DNA of 63,978 nucleotides, counting the filler, from Stramenopiles sp. TOSAG23-3 (lineage: Eukaryota), in assembly GCA_900128585.1 (NCBI GenBank). It is 3 parts of 3 records of this genome, joined end to end, with 100 filler letters (N's around TTAATTAATTAA, not from the genome) between each part and the next. Parts side by side here need not be neighbours in the genome. Positions count along the whole stretch, not along the records: positions 21,490 to 42,856 come from LT642359.1; 2 more parts are not named here. One strand, written 5' to 3'. The notes under the pieces were generated by a model. That model had not been told where the DNA came from. It saw nothing but the letters and a program-made list of their open reading frames with translations, and made no database searches. Each line of letters begins with the position of its first letter. The stretch's first letter is position 1. Of the stretch, positions 21,790-33,219 are shown piece after piece. The position numbers and the translations under genes were made by a program.

Positions 21790-23763
21790 ATGGAACGCAA
21801 CGATACCGATCAAAGTAACACTGCGGCTGGTTGCAAACATGATGAGATCAAAGACGAACCAACATGCGCATCGGACCCTAAATTCATTTCAGTAACACCA
21901 GGAACCAACCCAAAGAAGCGAAAAGCGACTGATGCGCTTTGCAAGAGCGATGAACGTAGCCCCGATTCCACTCACCGTGACGATGCACCACGAAGATCAA
22001 CTAGGGACCGAAAGCCACGAAAGTTTCCGGGGACCTATCCGTTGGATGGAGCAATCCCGCAAGCCGAAGAAAAGATGATTGCACAAGCAATGGAAAACTC
22101 CAAGCGGTTGACAAAACTTGAATATCGCAAGGTACCCGAAGCCCCAACCTTTCGCCCGACCCCAAAAGAGTTTGAGAACCCGATTGCATACATAAAAAAG
22201 ATCCAAGCGATAGGGATGAAAAGTGGCATCTGCAAAATTGTACCCCCTCCCGGTTGGAATCCGCCGGATGCGCGTCGGTGTAGTTTTACTGGAGGCAACC
22301 GCCCCCAAAAGCTCTTCTTAACCAAGAAACAGTATTTGCATCGTTTGGAAGAGGGGATATATTATCCGGAGGGGAAAAAGTACACCGTGATGGGGTATGA
22401 AAGGATGGCAAAAGAATTTAAGCAGCAGCATTTAGGCAAGATGAGGGACGCAAAATTAAAAGCTGTAGAAGTCGGGGCTGCTGTAAATTCGGGTGATGAA
22501 GAGGGCCTAAATGCACAAGCTGATATGCCTCGCGTAACAGCCGGGGCGATTGGAACCGAAGTGACTAATGAAGACCTTGTGCGAGAATACTGGCGGATTG
22601 TGGAAACACAGGCAGACAAATTAGGTGTAGAATACGGGAACGATTTAGATACCCACCAATATGGCAGTGGCTTTCCTGTATCCGATCAGGTAAAACAGAT
22701 GCATTCCAATTCGTCTGGACCTCCAGTCCAATTTAGTGAGAATGTAGCAATGGACTGCGATGATCCGACGTATTATGAACGGTGTGGATGGAATTTAAAT
22801 AACCTACCAAATTGGCCGGGCTCGTTATTGAGAAATATTCGTGGGAACTACAATGGATTAAATGTTCCATGGCTTTACATGGGGATGCTCTTCTCAACTT
22901 TTGCGTGGCACAACGAGGACAATTATCTTTACTCAATCAACTACAGTCATTACGGGTCGACGAAGGTGTGGTATGGAGTGCCAGGAGATAAAGCAGGAAA
23001 GTTCGAGCAGTGCATAGGGAAAATGAAGGCACAAAGGGTAAAGGAGGAGAAGGACGTACTTCAAAAGCTAGTGCTTATGACGGGGCCGACGACGCTTGGT
23101 GCAGCAGACGTACCGTTGGTGAGGGTGAATCAGAACCCAGGAGAATTCGTCGTTACGTTTCCTCAGGCATATCATGGGGGGTTCAGCCTAGGTTTTAATT
23201 GTGGTGAAGCGGTTAACTTTGCACTCCCAGATTGGATCCCGTTCGGTCGAGACGCCAGCGAAAGCTATCGGAAATCAAAGCGCCCTGCATCCATATCCAA
23301 CGAAAGGCTCTTAATGACTGTCGCGTCGAATCCCCGTGATTTGAAAGATGTGAATGCTTGTCAAATTTTAATCGACTATCTCCAACGGACCGTTAGAGAA
23401 CAAAGGACGTTGCGGCAAGATCTCTTCCGTTCTGGCATTTCAAACGGTGTGCCAATGCCGGCTGACGAAGATAGCGAGTCGTATGATGAGAAAAGGCAAT
23501 GCAATATATGTATGCACATGTGTTACATCTCTGCCCTTGTGTGCTCTTGTGATGCGGAACGTGTCGTTTGCCTTCGACATCACCACCAGATCTGCCACTG
23601 TCCCCCGCAAAACAAAGCTTTTCTTTTTTGGCATTCTATCCGTGACATTGAGGACATGATTGAAAGCGTGAGAAAGCACCAGCGCACATTGGAAAAGGCC
23701 GTTGCCTCGCAAGCAAGACCGGCAGTTATAGTGAACAGAACGATGCGCCAAGAGGCATTATAA
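21790..23763 (+). CDS. JmjN-JmjC-zf-C5HC2 histone lysine demethylase (KDM5/JARID-related, no ARID or PHD visible)
   Basis: JmjN: EAPTFRPTPKEFENPIAYI..GICKIVPP. JmjC: GWNLNNLP, PWLYMGMLFSTFAWHNED, FPQAYHGGFSLGFNCGEAVNFA. C5HC2: QCNICMHMCYIS..C.C...VCLRH..CHC. Confidence 0.93.
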   Translation: MERNDTDQSNTAAGCKHDEIKDEPTCASDPKFISVTPGTNPKKRKATDALCKSDERSPDSTHRDDAPRRSTRDRKPRKFPGTYPLDGAIPQAEEKMIAQAMENSKRLTKLEYRKVPEAPTFRPTPKEFENPIAYIKKIQAIGMKSGICKIVPPPGWNPPDARRCSFTGGNRPQKLFLTKKQYLHRLEEGIYYPEGKKYTVMGYERMAKEFKQQHLGKMRDAKLKAVEVGAAVNSGDEEGLNAQADMPRVTAGAIGTEVTNEDLVREYWRIVETQADKLGVEYGNDLDTHQYGSGFPVSDQVKQMHSNSSGPPVQFSENVAMDCDDPTYYERCGWNLNNLPNWPGSLLRNIRGNYNGLNVPWLYMGMLFSTFAWHNEDNYLYSINYSHYGSTKVWYGVPGDKAGKFEQCIGKMKAQRVKEEKDVLQKLVLMTGPTTLGAADVPLVRVNQNPGEFVVTFPQAYHGGFSLGFNCGEAVNFALPDWIPFGRDASESYRKSKRPASISNERLLMTVASNPRDLKDVNACQILIDYLQRTVREQRTLRQDLFRSGISNGVPMPADEDSESYDEKRQCNICMHMCYISALVCSCDAERVVCLRHHHQICHCPPQNKAFLFWHSIRDIEDMIESVRKHQRTLEKAVASQARPAVIVNRTMRQEAL

Positions 23764-24400
23764 AATTCAAAACCCTTTAGTGCGTTGAAAAAGCGCATCA
23801 TGTATCTAAATATATTACTATTTTGCCACAATTTACTGTGTACCTGTTCTTTATGTATCTAAACGAGACGAAATTCTTCTTCAGAATTTTTCTCTCTTTT
23901 TTTATTACTGTGCTGTATCATGATCTATCATCATCGTTTTTAGAATAAATGCCTATAATAGTGTACTCTATTATTAAAATGCAATTGTTGGTGGTGGTAG
24001 TACTATGTTATTACCTCTTATTATATTACATACTACAGTATTATATAATATTATAAATAAAAAATGCTACGTTTTTATGATGATGAGCAGCAACCACATT
24101 ACACTTCTATCAACTCTACTGCCGCTGCTGCGCCGTGTTGTTATATAAACAAACAAAAATAATAATAATAAATAATACGGTGGTGGTATATATAAAAAAG
24201 CAAACACAAACCGGCAAAACAAAAAAAATGATCATGATAATGTTTTTTTCCATACTACATATTATTATATGATTACTTTATCAAAGGCTTAAGGACAATC
24301 TAATCATTTTGTTGACATGCCCTGAGACTATTCCCTGTTTCATTGGTATAAATGATCGGCGTTTCGGGGCCGCATATTTCGTACGTTGGGCTCTGTTCAA

Positions 24401-25829
24401 ATGAGGGTGGGTAACCGATCAAGGAGACGAAGAGCAGCTTTACGAAGAAACGCACCCCATCGCGATACTAATGCTGCAACTTCTCAATCGAACATCTTCC
24501 GGAACACTTTCTTTCTCTTAGCGTTATGTGCATTGGGCTTTACAGTACACCAATCATATTATAAAGCAATTGACAATAGTACTGTCGGAAATCTTGATGC
24601 AGCTGTGGAGATATTGCACGAAGAATCAAAAAAATTAGAGGATAAAATGGTAGCTACAAAGAGATTCAGAGGTTCTCCCTCAATTGAAGAGCCTTGGGAA
24701 CTTTGGAATGTTTCTGAAAACAATGGTTTACAAATACGTGCCCATATATACAAGAAGGGATACGAACCAGGGCACGTGATTGATGGGGACCCATCCACGT
24801 TTTGGGTCTCATTTTCTTACCCATCAATCGTAGATTTTATTCTTGTCGACAATAGAATCGACAAACAAATGTTTAATGCGTACGAAATTGCAGGGCATCC
24901 AGAGAAAGGTCTTTATGGCCAAAGTCCGAGTTCGTGGGTTCTTTTCGGTTCACATACCGGCCTGCCACCGTGGCATTTACTAGACGAAGTAAGTAGAACA
25001 TCCAATATCATTGAATTATTCAGCACTCACTAACTTGTCTGGGTTTTGTGTTTTAGAGACATGTAGGGAAGGTAAGTACATGATTTATTAGTTTCTTCTT
25101 GTAACAGTAACACTAACATCTTCCTCTTAGCGTTTTCTTGCGAAAGGGCGACAGCCATCCGATGGCGTTCTGTTTTGTTTTCAGTACCCTCGTTCGGTAA
25201 AGACCATTCGCCTGAAACTATTAGCGAATCAAGGATGGCACTCAGAAATTGTCGCTCTCGGAAAAGTTAAATTTTATCGCCGGCATGAACGGTGCAAAGG
25301 CGTGGCACGCGCAGCAGAAAAAAGCATCAGTCAAATACATGTTAATTCGGGAACCCACGCGGCTGTGTTTGGTGCAAGTAGCTTTGTGGAAGACTATCCT
25401 GCCTCAAACCTAGACGATAATTCAAATAATTCATACTGGAAAGCTTCGATAACCGACAAGGTATTTCCAATTGAGATAGCAATAGCGTACAACATGCCTA
25501 TCAGAGTGTATTCCTACATGATGGCGGGGGCCAGTGGCCAATTATTGGCTGCTCCAACGTTTTGGAGAGTTATTGGGAAACGAGCAGAACAGGGCCGGGG
25601 TGATAACGAGGTTTTACTGGATGAACGAATTGTACGAGATCTCACACTTTCGAGTAAGCCGAATCATTTTTGTATATACCCTGCTACCCACGGGACAAAA
25701 ATAGAGAAGATAAAACTCGTAATTTTTTCTGCGGAGACTTCAGATGACAAATACAACGTAGCTTTACGCCGTTTTTTTATGACCACGCACGAAGAGGAGG
25801 AACAATCTCTTGGAAAATGTATTGACTGA
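24401..25829 (+). CDS. Type II membrane protein with two F5/8-type C (discoidin/galactose-binding-like) domains; exons 24401-24988, 25057-25071, 25131-25829
   Basis: N-terminal TM (FFLLALCALGFTV) and two repeats (HVIDGDPSTFW..PSSWVLFGS..WHLLD; NLDDNSNNSYW..PTFWRVIG..VLLD). Two phase-0 GTAAGT..CACTAAC..TAG introns join the ORFs in frame (433 aa). Confidence 0.82.
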
Positions 25830-26552
25830 GCCCCATGCAATACAGTTACTCTTTAAAACTTTTTTTAAAAGCACTGGCGAATCTCGCGGCTTAGTGAACT
25901 TCGACGTGTCTTTTTTGATCACTCTGTGACGTTTCTTCTTCTTCTTTCTTCTTCTTCTTATACAGAAGAAAGAATTTTTAATATAAAAAAAAAGCTCAAG
26001 TTGATTGAATGATGAGGATAGATTAAGTTAGTTTATTGAGAGGAAAATACGATATAATATATATAAATACAGCATTATTTCACACACAATACCTACGTAT
26101 AATGCTATATAGAGACTAATAATAAAAAAAGAAGAAAATAAGTCTAGGGTGCTATAATAGGGGCTAGGGGTTAGGGTTAAAAGGAGCGTCTTTAAACATA
26201 CTACTACCGTACTAAACTATCTTATTATACCCTTGGTGCCTACCTATTATATATAATAGTACCCAACCTACAACCGGTACAACAGGCACGACTCCAGCAA
26301 GGAGAGGTGGTAATAATTTAAAAATTGAAATAACTTTGTTGCATAGAAATAGGTACCCAGTGTATGTATAAATTAAATGTTTCTTTTAGGTGTTCTATGT
26401 TCTAGGTTATTATCGCTAAACATGCGCATTTTCAACTGTTACCTATTTTTCCAAACAGACAAGAGTTACCTTTCCTTGTTTTTCGGAAACACCGCACCTT
26501 CGTCGTCGAGGGCCCTTTCTGGCGTCTTCAATGCTTGCGGTTCAGTCTCCAT

Positions 26553-27234
26553 TTATCGACCTAGGTTATCGAACCAGGCATCATCATAATCGCAGCGTGG
26601 GGTGGCATCAAAGATGGCTTTGGCATCGCACCTGTATACAGAAACGAATTCGTTCAAGTCGACGCAAATTTTGTTGATACGGTCGTGGCAACGGGATCTA
26701 AACTCAGGTGTCTTGCATTTTTCTGCGGTAGAGAGTTTGTGCAGGTCCTCTTTGAACCCTTGCAATGGGTTTCCCGTGCATTCCTTGTGGGTCGCTGGTT
26801 TCATCTTGCAGACAGGATTCTCTTTAAACCACGCATCTGCGAAGGCTTTTTTGTTCTTTTTTTGGCACTGGGTGGGGCATATGAACAGGGTTGAAAGTTA
26901 GTATGGCGCAAATGGGAAAAATGTTGTGATAGAAAATACTTACGCTTAACTCGTCCCACCGGGAAAGCACTTCGCGGTTGAATTTGTCGCACTCGGCGCC
27001 AATGAGCATACCTCTCAGGCCCGTTAACCCAGGGGAATCTTCGTAGTCCAGTGCCGATTGCAGCTCGTCATGAATTCTGTACTTTAGCTTCATGGCCTTG
27101 CAGTTCCCCGTGACATGGTAGAGAACGTCGCCTTTGGCATCTTGTGTAAAGTCAAGCACGTCCCCCTTTCTCAGGTTACCGGCAGACACGGCAGTAGCCA
27201 TCAAGGCCATGGCGACAATAGATGTAGTTTTCAT
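26553..27234 (-). CDS. Small secreted cysteine-rich protein (201 aa); exons 27234-26944 and 26867-26553
   Basis: Signal peptide MKTTSIVAMALMATAVSA. A 76-nt GTAAGT..TACTAAC..CAG intron joins two ORFs in frame. Ten Cys. Confidence 0.85.
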
Positions 27235-27957
27235 GGTGTAAGCTTGGCGGTGGGGTTGTTGGTTCTTGTATTATAGTGATTTTCGTTTTGCGTTTTGTGT
27301 TTTGTGTATGTATGTAGGTTGTTTCAGTTGATGAGAAACTCTGTTTCTGGTGTCGAATGACGATAAAGTTTACACTTGGCTCATTTCCCCCATAGAGATA
27401 GCATAGTTATCCATTGCATTATGCAGTTTTTTTGTTTTGTACCTTCAATATTAAGGAACAGTATCACATGTTACTAATATTTTGATATTAAATATATAAT
27501 CACAATATAATAAGTGAAATCAATAAATAATTTATTTGTTTAGTTTACTTAAATGGTAAAATTGATTCCAACATGTTGACAATAAAAGCATATTAGCATG
27601 TGATTGCTTCTCCCCCTTCTTTCGATTTTACTCCCCTCGTTTTTTCTTCCTCAATATTCCTACTTGAATAGCATATAAACGGTTTACCTATCAAAACCAC
27701 AACAAGGAGCCAACCCCCTCCTCTCTCTCTCTCCTTTCTGATTTCTTTATAATTTGTATGAACACCACTGTGTTTTTAGCCTCTTCAGATTCTTGGCGTC
27801 GCACCTGCCTCCATAATGATGTATGTATTTCTGTTTCATAAGTGTTGGCAATTACCTTGCAGACCATGCTTTTTGCATACCCGTCCTCGATACCGATGCT
27901 CAATAGCCCGAATTTTGACAACGAACGGAAACAAATCTGCGCATGCCTGCGTTGCTT

Positions 27958-28344
27958 TTAGTTTTCCTTTTTATCCGCAAGGAAAACCAAATCTCTATAT
28001 TTTCGGTAACACAGCAGTGCATGGCAGTAAACACATCGCTGTGGTAACGGTTGGTATGTACGAAAACAATCTTGGCAATGGCAGTAATTTTCGCATCCGC
28101 CGATGTATAATTTGACCGTGTCGCTCCCTTTTCTATTGCAAATGATGCATGTATCTAAAGGACGCTTCAACTTTACCACGCCCGATTGAAACGTTTGTGA
28201 TTCACTGCCAATACCATCGAGATCATTTAATAATTTGAACAGATACGCGAATGCCGGAATAGACAAACCCAAGATGATAAAAATAAACTTTAATCCATAC
28301 TCGCTCTCTTCTGGCGAAAACTTTACGTTGGCAATGATGTACAT
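27958..28344 (-). CDS. Membrane-anchored RING-finger (zf-C3HC4_3-like) protein; frame continues after its TAA to 27691
   Basis: TM segment FIFIILGLSIPAFAYLF, then CIIC-x14-CxNx3CxxC-x10-CVYC. Confidence 0.65.
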   Translation of the reverse strand: MYIIANVKFSPEESEYGLKFIFIILGLSIPAFAYLFKLLNDLDGIGSESQTFQSGVVKLKRPLDTCIICNRKGSDTVKLYIGGCENYCHCQDCFRTYQPLPQRCVYCHALLCYRKYRDLVFLADKKEN

Positions 28345-29180
28345 GTTCCTATCATCGATCTATATGTGTAGGATAGACAACTGTGATTAGTCTTTTCTTT
28401 GTCAACTTCATGAATTCTATTTTGATAAAAATGATATGGTTTGATTAGACGACCGACTAAAATATTCTTCTTAATGATTAATTATATTTTATTATTATTC
28501 AAGTAGTATTCTAGTAGTAGGTATTATATAAAAATAAAAAAAAAGGAAGAAAAAAAAATGAATAGACAGACTAGCTAAGCCATAATATAATTATTAAAAT
28601 TATTAACAACCGACGTACGGCCTCCTCTCTTCTTCTCATTTTTTATTCATCCTCCATTAAAAATTTAAGTAGTATTACTATTATAAATACAGTAAATATT
28701 ATATATTATGGATATATATTATTATAAATATAGAAGAAGAAAGAAAGAAATAAAAAAAGAAGAAAAGGAGGATAATAAGAGAAGAGTGATGAATGATGAT
28801 GATTCCAATGATATTATGATATAAAAGAAGGTACAGGTACCTGGTATTATAACAGGTAGTAAGGAAGTGATTTGTTGATATAGTTTGTTTTTTTTGTTAT
28901 ATAAAATATAACAACAAATGAAGAAGAAGGAGGAATGGATGATGGATGGAGAGGAGTTAGTTGTTGTTTTTTGTACGTTATTTAGTTTCATTAAAACGTG
29001 ATAATATATACTAGAAAACATAAGGAACGTATACCATTATATGGTTTTGGTATCTATCTGACATTTAACAAGTACTTAGTTTTTGTGATTTTGTTCCATT
29101 ATTTTTTCAAATCGTATACACAATTAACGGGGTACACGGACAGGTTTCTATTGTATACGGTAACATTTTTGGACAGCAAA

Positions 29181-29957
29181 ATGAAAAAGAGTAATGCAGG
29201 CGTAGCGCCTTACAAACGTGTGTTAGGTGGTATACTCTTAGTGGTCATTTTCTGTATGGGTTACATGGCATCCATGGTAGGAAAGAAACGAGGTTCATTA
29301 AAGTCTAGTAACCGTCCCAAATTTAAAAGGAACACTGTAGATCCACTTGATGCGCTATTAGGCGATGATTCTGGTGACGATTTAGATGGTGTTGGAGACA
29401 TACAAGATGATGAAGCTTTCATTACAAACGACCTTGTCCCCCCTGAACCCGCCGGGGGAAAGTCTAACCAAGGCCAGCTCAGCAATTCGGGCTCCTCGAA
29501 GACACTAGTTTTTAAAGGCATTGGCGGAATTACTGCATACTTGAGCACGGTGAAATTTGTCCAAGACAAGCAGCAACCTCTTGTGGATGGATTACCTCAT
29601 TACACCAGCTATGCATTTTTTGGGAATGGGCAAAAAGTATTGTTACATTTGACTTCACCACAAGGAGATCCGTACTGGTATGTTTCTTTAAAGGATCTGA
29701 TGATAAAAGATTCCTCAGGAAAAAATATAACCCCTATTATTGCGTTCACAAGTTGCGATGACCCTTCCGTTTATCCGTGGTTACCAGAGTCACGGTGCGG
29801 GTGGACTATTCACGAAGGGCCAGAAGTGGGATGGTAAGTAAACTTTTCACACATGACATTATCTCTTTCTAACACTAATTTCTTTTATTTTACGATCTGT
29901 TTTTTTTTCTTCTTTAGGAAACCGCATAAAGACATCAGCCTCGTTATAAAGAATTAA
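29181..29957 (+). CDS. Uncharacterised type II membrane protein (230 aa); exons 29181-29833 and 29918-29957
   Basis: ATG at 29181, TM VLGGILLVVIFCMGYMA, acidic stem and globular C-domain. An 84-nt GTAAGT..CTAACACTAAT..TAG intron restores W|KPHKDISLVIKN. Confidence 0.8.
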
Positions 29958-30317
29958 TTCGTAGACAATTGGCGCCTTCGAACGCGGGATTAGTGATCTG
30001 TGCAAGAGTGTTAACTGAGGTCTTTAAGATGGGATGAAAAATATGAAGAGCGACGAAATTATCTTCAGTTTATGATAAATTTAAAACAAAAAATTGGCTG
30101 TTGTTTAAAGTAATTAAAATTTAGCTTCCTAATATTCCGCGAAAATGAATCAAAATGAAGATATGATAGCTTTATAATTTAGAAGTGTGGGTACGCCACA
30201 CAGTTATCTTATGGGCTCTAAGCTTTGCACATCTAAATACAGTTGTAAATCGATTTTTTAAATAAATATTACGTCCCGAGTACGGGTACTACATTTGCAC
30301 TTTCAGGGTATTATCGT

Positions 30318-32384
30318 TTAACCCTGGACTTTACCGAGCAATTGGATCGCCTCTTCCATATGCTGCACAGACGTTGAACGGGCCAACAATTTTATTGCGT
30401 TAGACACATCATTGAATGTTTGGCGATGCGAGAACTGCTGAGCTGACCCGGCATATTTTTGACGATCAAGGGTTTCGGCGCGGTCTAGGTTTAAAAACTC
30501 GTTATACTGCGGAACATTTCTGCCACGGGACCCCACAACACACATTACCGAGCGCGTAAACTGTTCTTGGTCAGCCGTTTTGATTGTTGCATTTACAGCT
30601 TCAGTCACATTTGCAAAACAAAACTTAATTCTCGAGACATCTTCGGCATTTTTTAGCGTCTTGCCATCAGCTCTAAAGAAACTAAGCATCCCGCCTTCAG
30701 CCATACGGGCATGGGCGTAAAATTCCTGTAGATAACCACTAGCCTTCTCGGTGTCTTCGACGCCATTTGTTACGGCGCAATCTGCGCGTTTGGCAAAAGC
30801 ATCTGCGCTCAACGTTAAGTTTGAAAAACGTCCAAAACATTCCTTTAACGTTTCACTTGCTGCGGTGCCATTAAATAAACGTAAGTAAGACTCCAGGCTA
30901 ACCGAGGCGAATTTAACAAATGCTCCTTTCAATTGACCGAGTTGTGTCTTTGACTTGAAAAACTGTTTTTCGGGGAGGACAACGCTCTCTGCACTTTTTT
31001 TCTCGACTGGGGCTTCGTCATCTTCGAGCTGCGCGCTTTCCGGCCGAGAAGCAACTTTGGCACACTTTCCTTTCTTGCAGATTTCACTCCCTCCAACATT
31101 GCTGGAGCCCAGACTAGCTACATTAGAAAGGATTCCAGCTTCTTTCTCGCTTCCGGTCGGGGCGTTAGGCTTGTCGGCGATCTTCAGCTTTGGGGCTGTT
31201 TCCGAGACTTCTTCGGCGGCAAACCCGGTCATACCAGAAATTCCGGTTTGCGTACTGTCTCCCGCCATTCCAGTTTCACGGCCACCAGTCATGCCGGTGC
31301 TTCCAGTCATGCCCTCCTCCCAGGAGACAGGAGCTGTTTCCTCTTTGTACTGCTTCGGTTTAGATAATACGTCCCGGAACAAGGTTTCCGAACGCATGAC
31401 CAGTAAATTTTCGCATACAACTGGCTCTCCCCCAAAGCTATGAATGCGTTTGACACAGCGCTCTTTTATTTGTTCTCTCAGACTTGCAGATCCCATGCTC
31501 TCCGACGTAGTCTGGTCTTCTAGCGCAGCTGCGACTGCTTCGGGGATCCCGTTCGATGCTCGTAGCATGTATCGTTTCTCGGCAAGACCTGAGCGTAAAT
31601 CAGCTAAAATGGTCAACTGGTTGACCAGCTGTCCCATGCGTGTGCGGCGACTGGAGTCGGAAGTCTCTTCCATGAATCGAGTGGCTTTGGAGACTACTAG
31701 TTTTCCAATAGACTTTGCAATTTGAGCATCGTAACGTAGCCCGTTGGCAGTTGTGTCGACATACACTCGCACGAGTTTGTCAACACTCGCCATTCGCCTT
31801 AACAACTTTCTTTTCCAGGCCGCTCGCTCCCGCTCAACAGTTAGACGGGCGACTAATTTCTCGATTTTGTTATCAAAGGCGTCTTTCGATTCGTCACAGC
31901 ACGTCCCATTCGAAAACAAGGCCTTCTGACGGCTCTGTTCGACCCGCAAGGTCTCCGTCGCATTGGCAGTATAACGGTTCATAGCGGCCATGGAGGACTC
32001 TAAGGAATCTTCTGTATGGGAAAATTCGCGTGTCCCGTTCTGCAAAATCTGTGTGAACAAAACATCTTTATTTTGCTTTTCTGCCGCGGCATTTGTCAAA
32101 GTAGCGTTGTACTTCTGCCTTATTTTGTAGTCATTTTGCTCATACACTGATTTCATGGCGGCTTGTTGTGCGCGGTAGGAATGCTCGGTGGCGCTAAGTG
32201 TTTTGAAAACCCCAGCCAATGCTTTGTTCGCTTCCCCAGCAACTTCAGAATTGGTTGGGTCTGCAGCTGCATTCAGAACATTTGATGATGCTTTCAGAAG
32301 CACACTAGTAGGTTCATGACCCTGCGCGGAGCTAAGCACGCACAGTGATACAACCACACTTCCCAAAATCCGTTTGAGAGGCAT
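30318..32384 (-). CDS. Secreted coiled-coil protein with G(M/S)TG-rich linker, unknown function
   Basis: Signal peptide MPLKRILGSVVVSLCVLSSAQG (ATG 32384), helical N-half, GMTGSTGMTGG..GISGMTG linker and paired Cys in the C-half. Confidence 0.85.
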   Translation of the reverse strand: MPLKRILGSVVVSLCVLSSAQGHEPTSVLLKASSNVLNAAADPTNSEVAGEANKALAGVFKTLSATEHSYRAQQAAMKSVYEQNDYKIRQKYNATLTNAAAEKQNKDVLFTQILQNGTREFSHTEDSLESSMAAMNRYTANATETLRVEQSRQKALFSNGTCCDESKDAFDNKIEKLVARLTVERERAAWKRKLLRRMASVDKLVRVYVDTTANGLRYDAQIAKSIGKLVVSKATRFMEETSDSSRRTRMGQLVNQLTILADLRSGLAEKRYMLRASNGIPEAVAAALEDQTTSESMGSASLREQIKERCVKRIHSFGGEPVVCENLLVMRSETLFRDVLSKPKQYKEETAPVSWEEGMTGSTGMTGGRETGMAGDSTQTGISGMTGFAAEEVSETAPKLKIADKPNAPTGSEKEAGILSNVASLGSSNVGGSEICKKGKCAKVASRPESAQLEDDEAPVEKKSAESVVLPEKQFFKSKTQLGQLKGAFVKFASVSLESYLRLFNGTAASETLKECFGRFSNLTLSADAFAKRADCAVTNGVEDTEKASGYLQEFYAHARMAEGGMLSFFRADGKTLKNAEDVSRIKFCFANVTEAVNATIKTADQEQFTRSVMCVVGSRGRNVPQYNEFLNLDRAETLDRQKYAGSAQQFSHRQTFNDVSNAIKLLARSTSVQHMEEAIQLLGKVQG

Positions 32385-33219
32385 TTTGTTGAAAATCCAA
32401 ACGAGTAACAAAAAACCGATGTCCAATTAGTTTGTGAATGTTTTTTGTTCCAATGAGTCTATCCTAATGAATCAAATGCAAACGGAAACTTTGCATTAGA
32501 TTGATCGTTAATTCTTGAAGGCGTTGATGAGTAATCACACACACAAAGTAACAAATAATTGCTCTTCACACTATTTAATATATATATACAATACAATCAG
32601 AGTAGGAATCAATATTCTTTATCCAATATATAATACAATATTAATGCTATGTAGTATATGTTCCCCCCCCCCCCTTTTTAGAAATGGACTTGCTTCCTTC
32701 TTTTTTTTAAGCTAAGCGAAGCAAGCAAAGCAAGAGGGGAAGGAAGGAAGGAATAATTAAGGATTGCTGCGTGAAGAAAGTGTATACTCTCACTTTAAAC
32801 TAAAGATACTACGAAGAACGAAGAACTATACTAAAAACATCCAATTGGTAATGAAAAACAAACATGATATATCATTTAAACTGAGAATAGACCAATCTAA
32901 TGCCATGCTATTTCCATGTATGTTTGTATACTTTCCTATCTATTGTAAGAAAAGTACAGAAACGTATACTCGCCGGTGCTATCCTAAAAAAAAAGGGAAG
33001 CGAATTATTGGAGGAAATTATTGAAAATTTCAATTGTTTTCTAATTAAAATCAAAAAATTGGCTGTTATTTATGTACTGCGAACTGCGAACTAAAATCAA
33101 CTAAACATTCGAGGTTTACATTCCTTCATGTACAACGAATTTATATTTAATAATACGTATGTGCTAATCCATTTGAGGTGAAGGAAGTTCTTTCCGCGGA
33201 AGGTTTTAACATTCAATAT

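Noticed and set aside
26144..26180. TAGGG/TTAGGGTTA telomere-like stretch
   Set aside because: Only one or two exact units amid degenerate sequence, too short to call an interstitial telomere.
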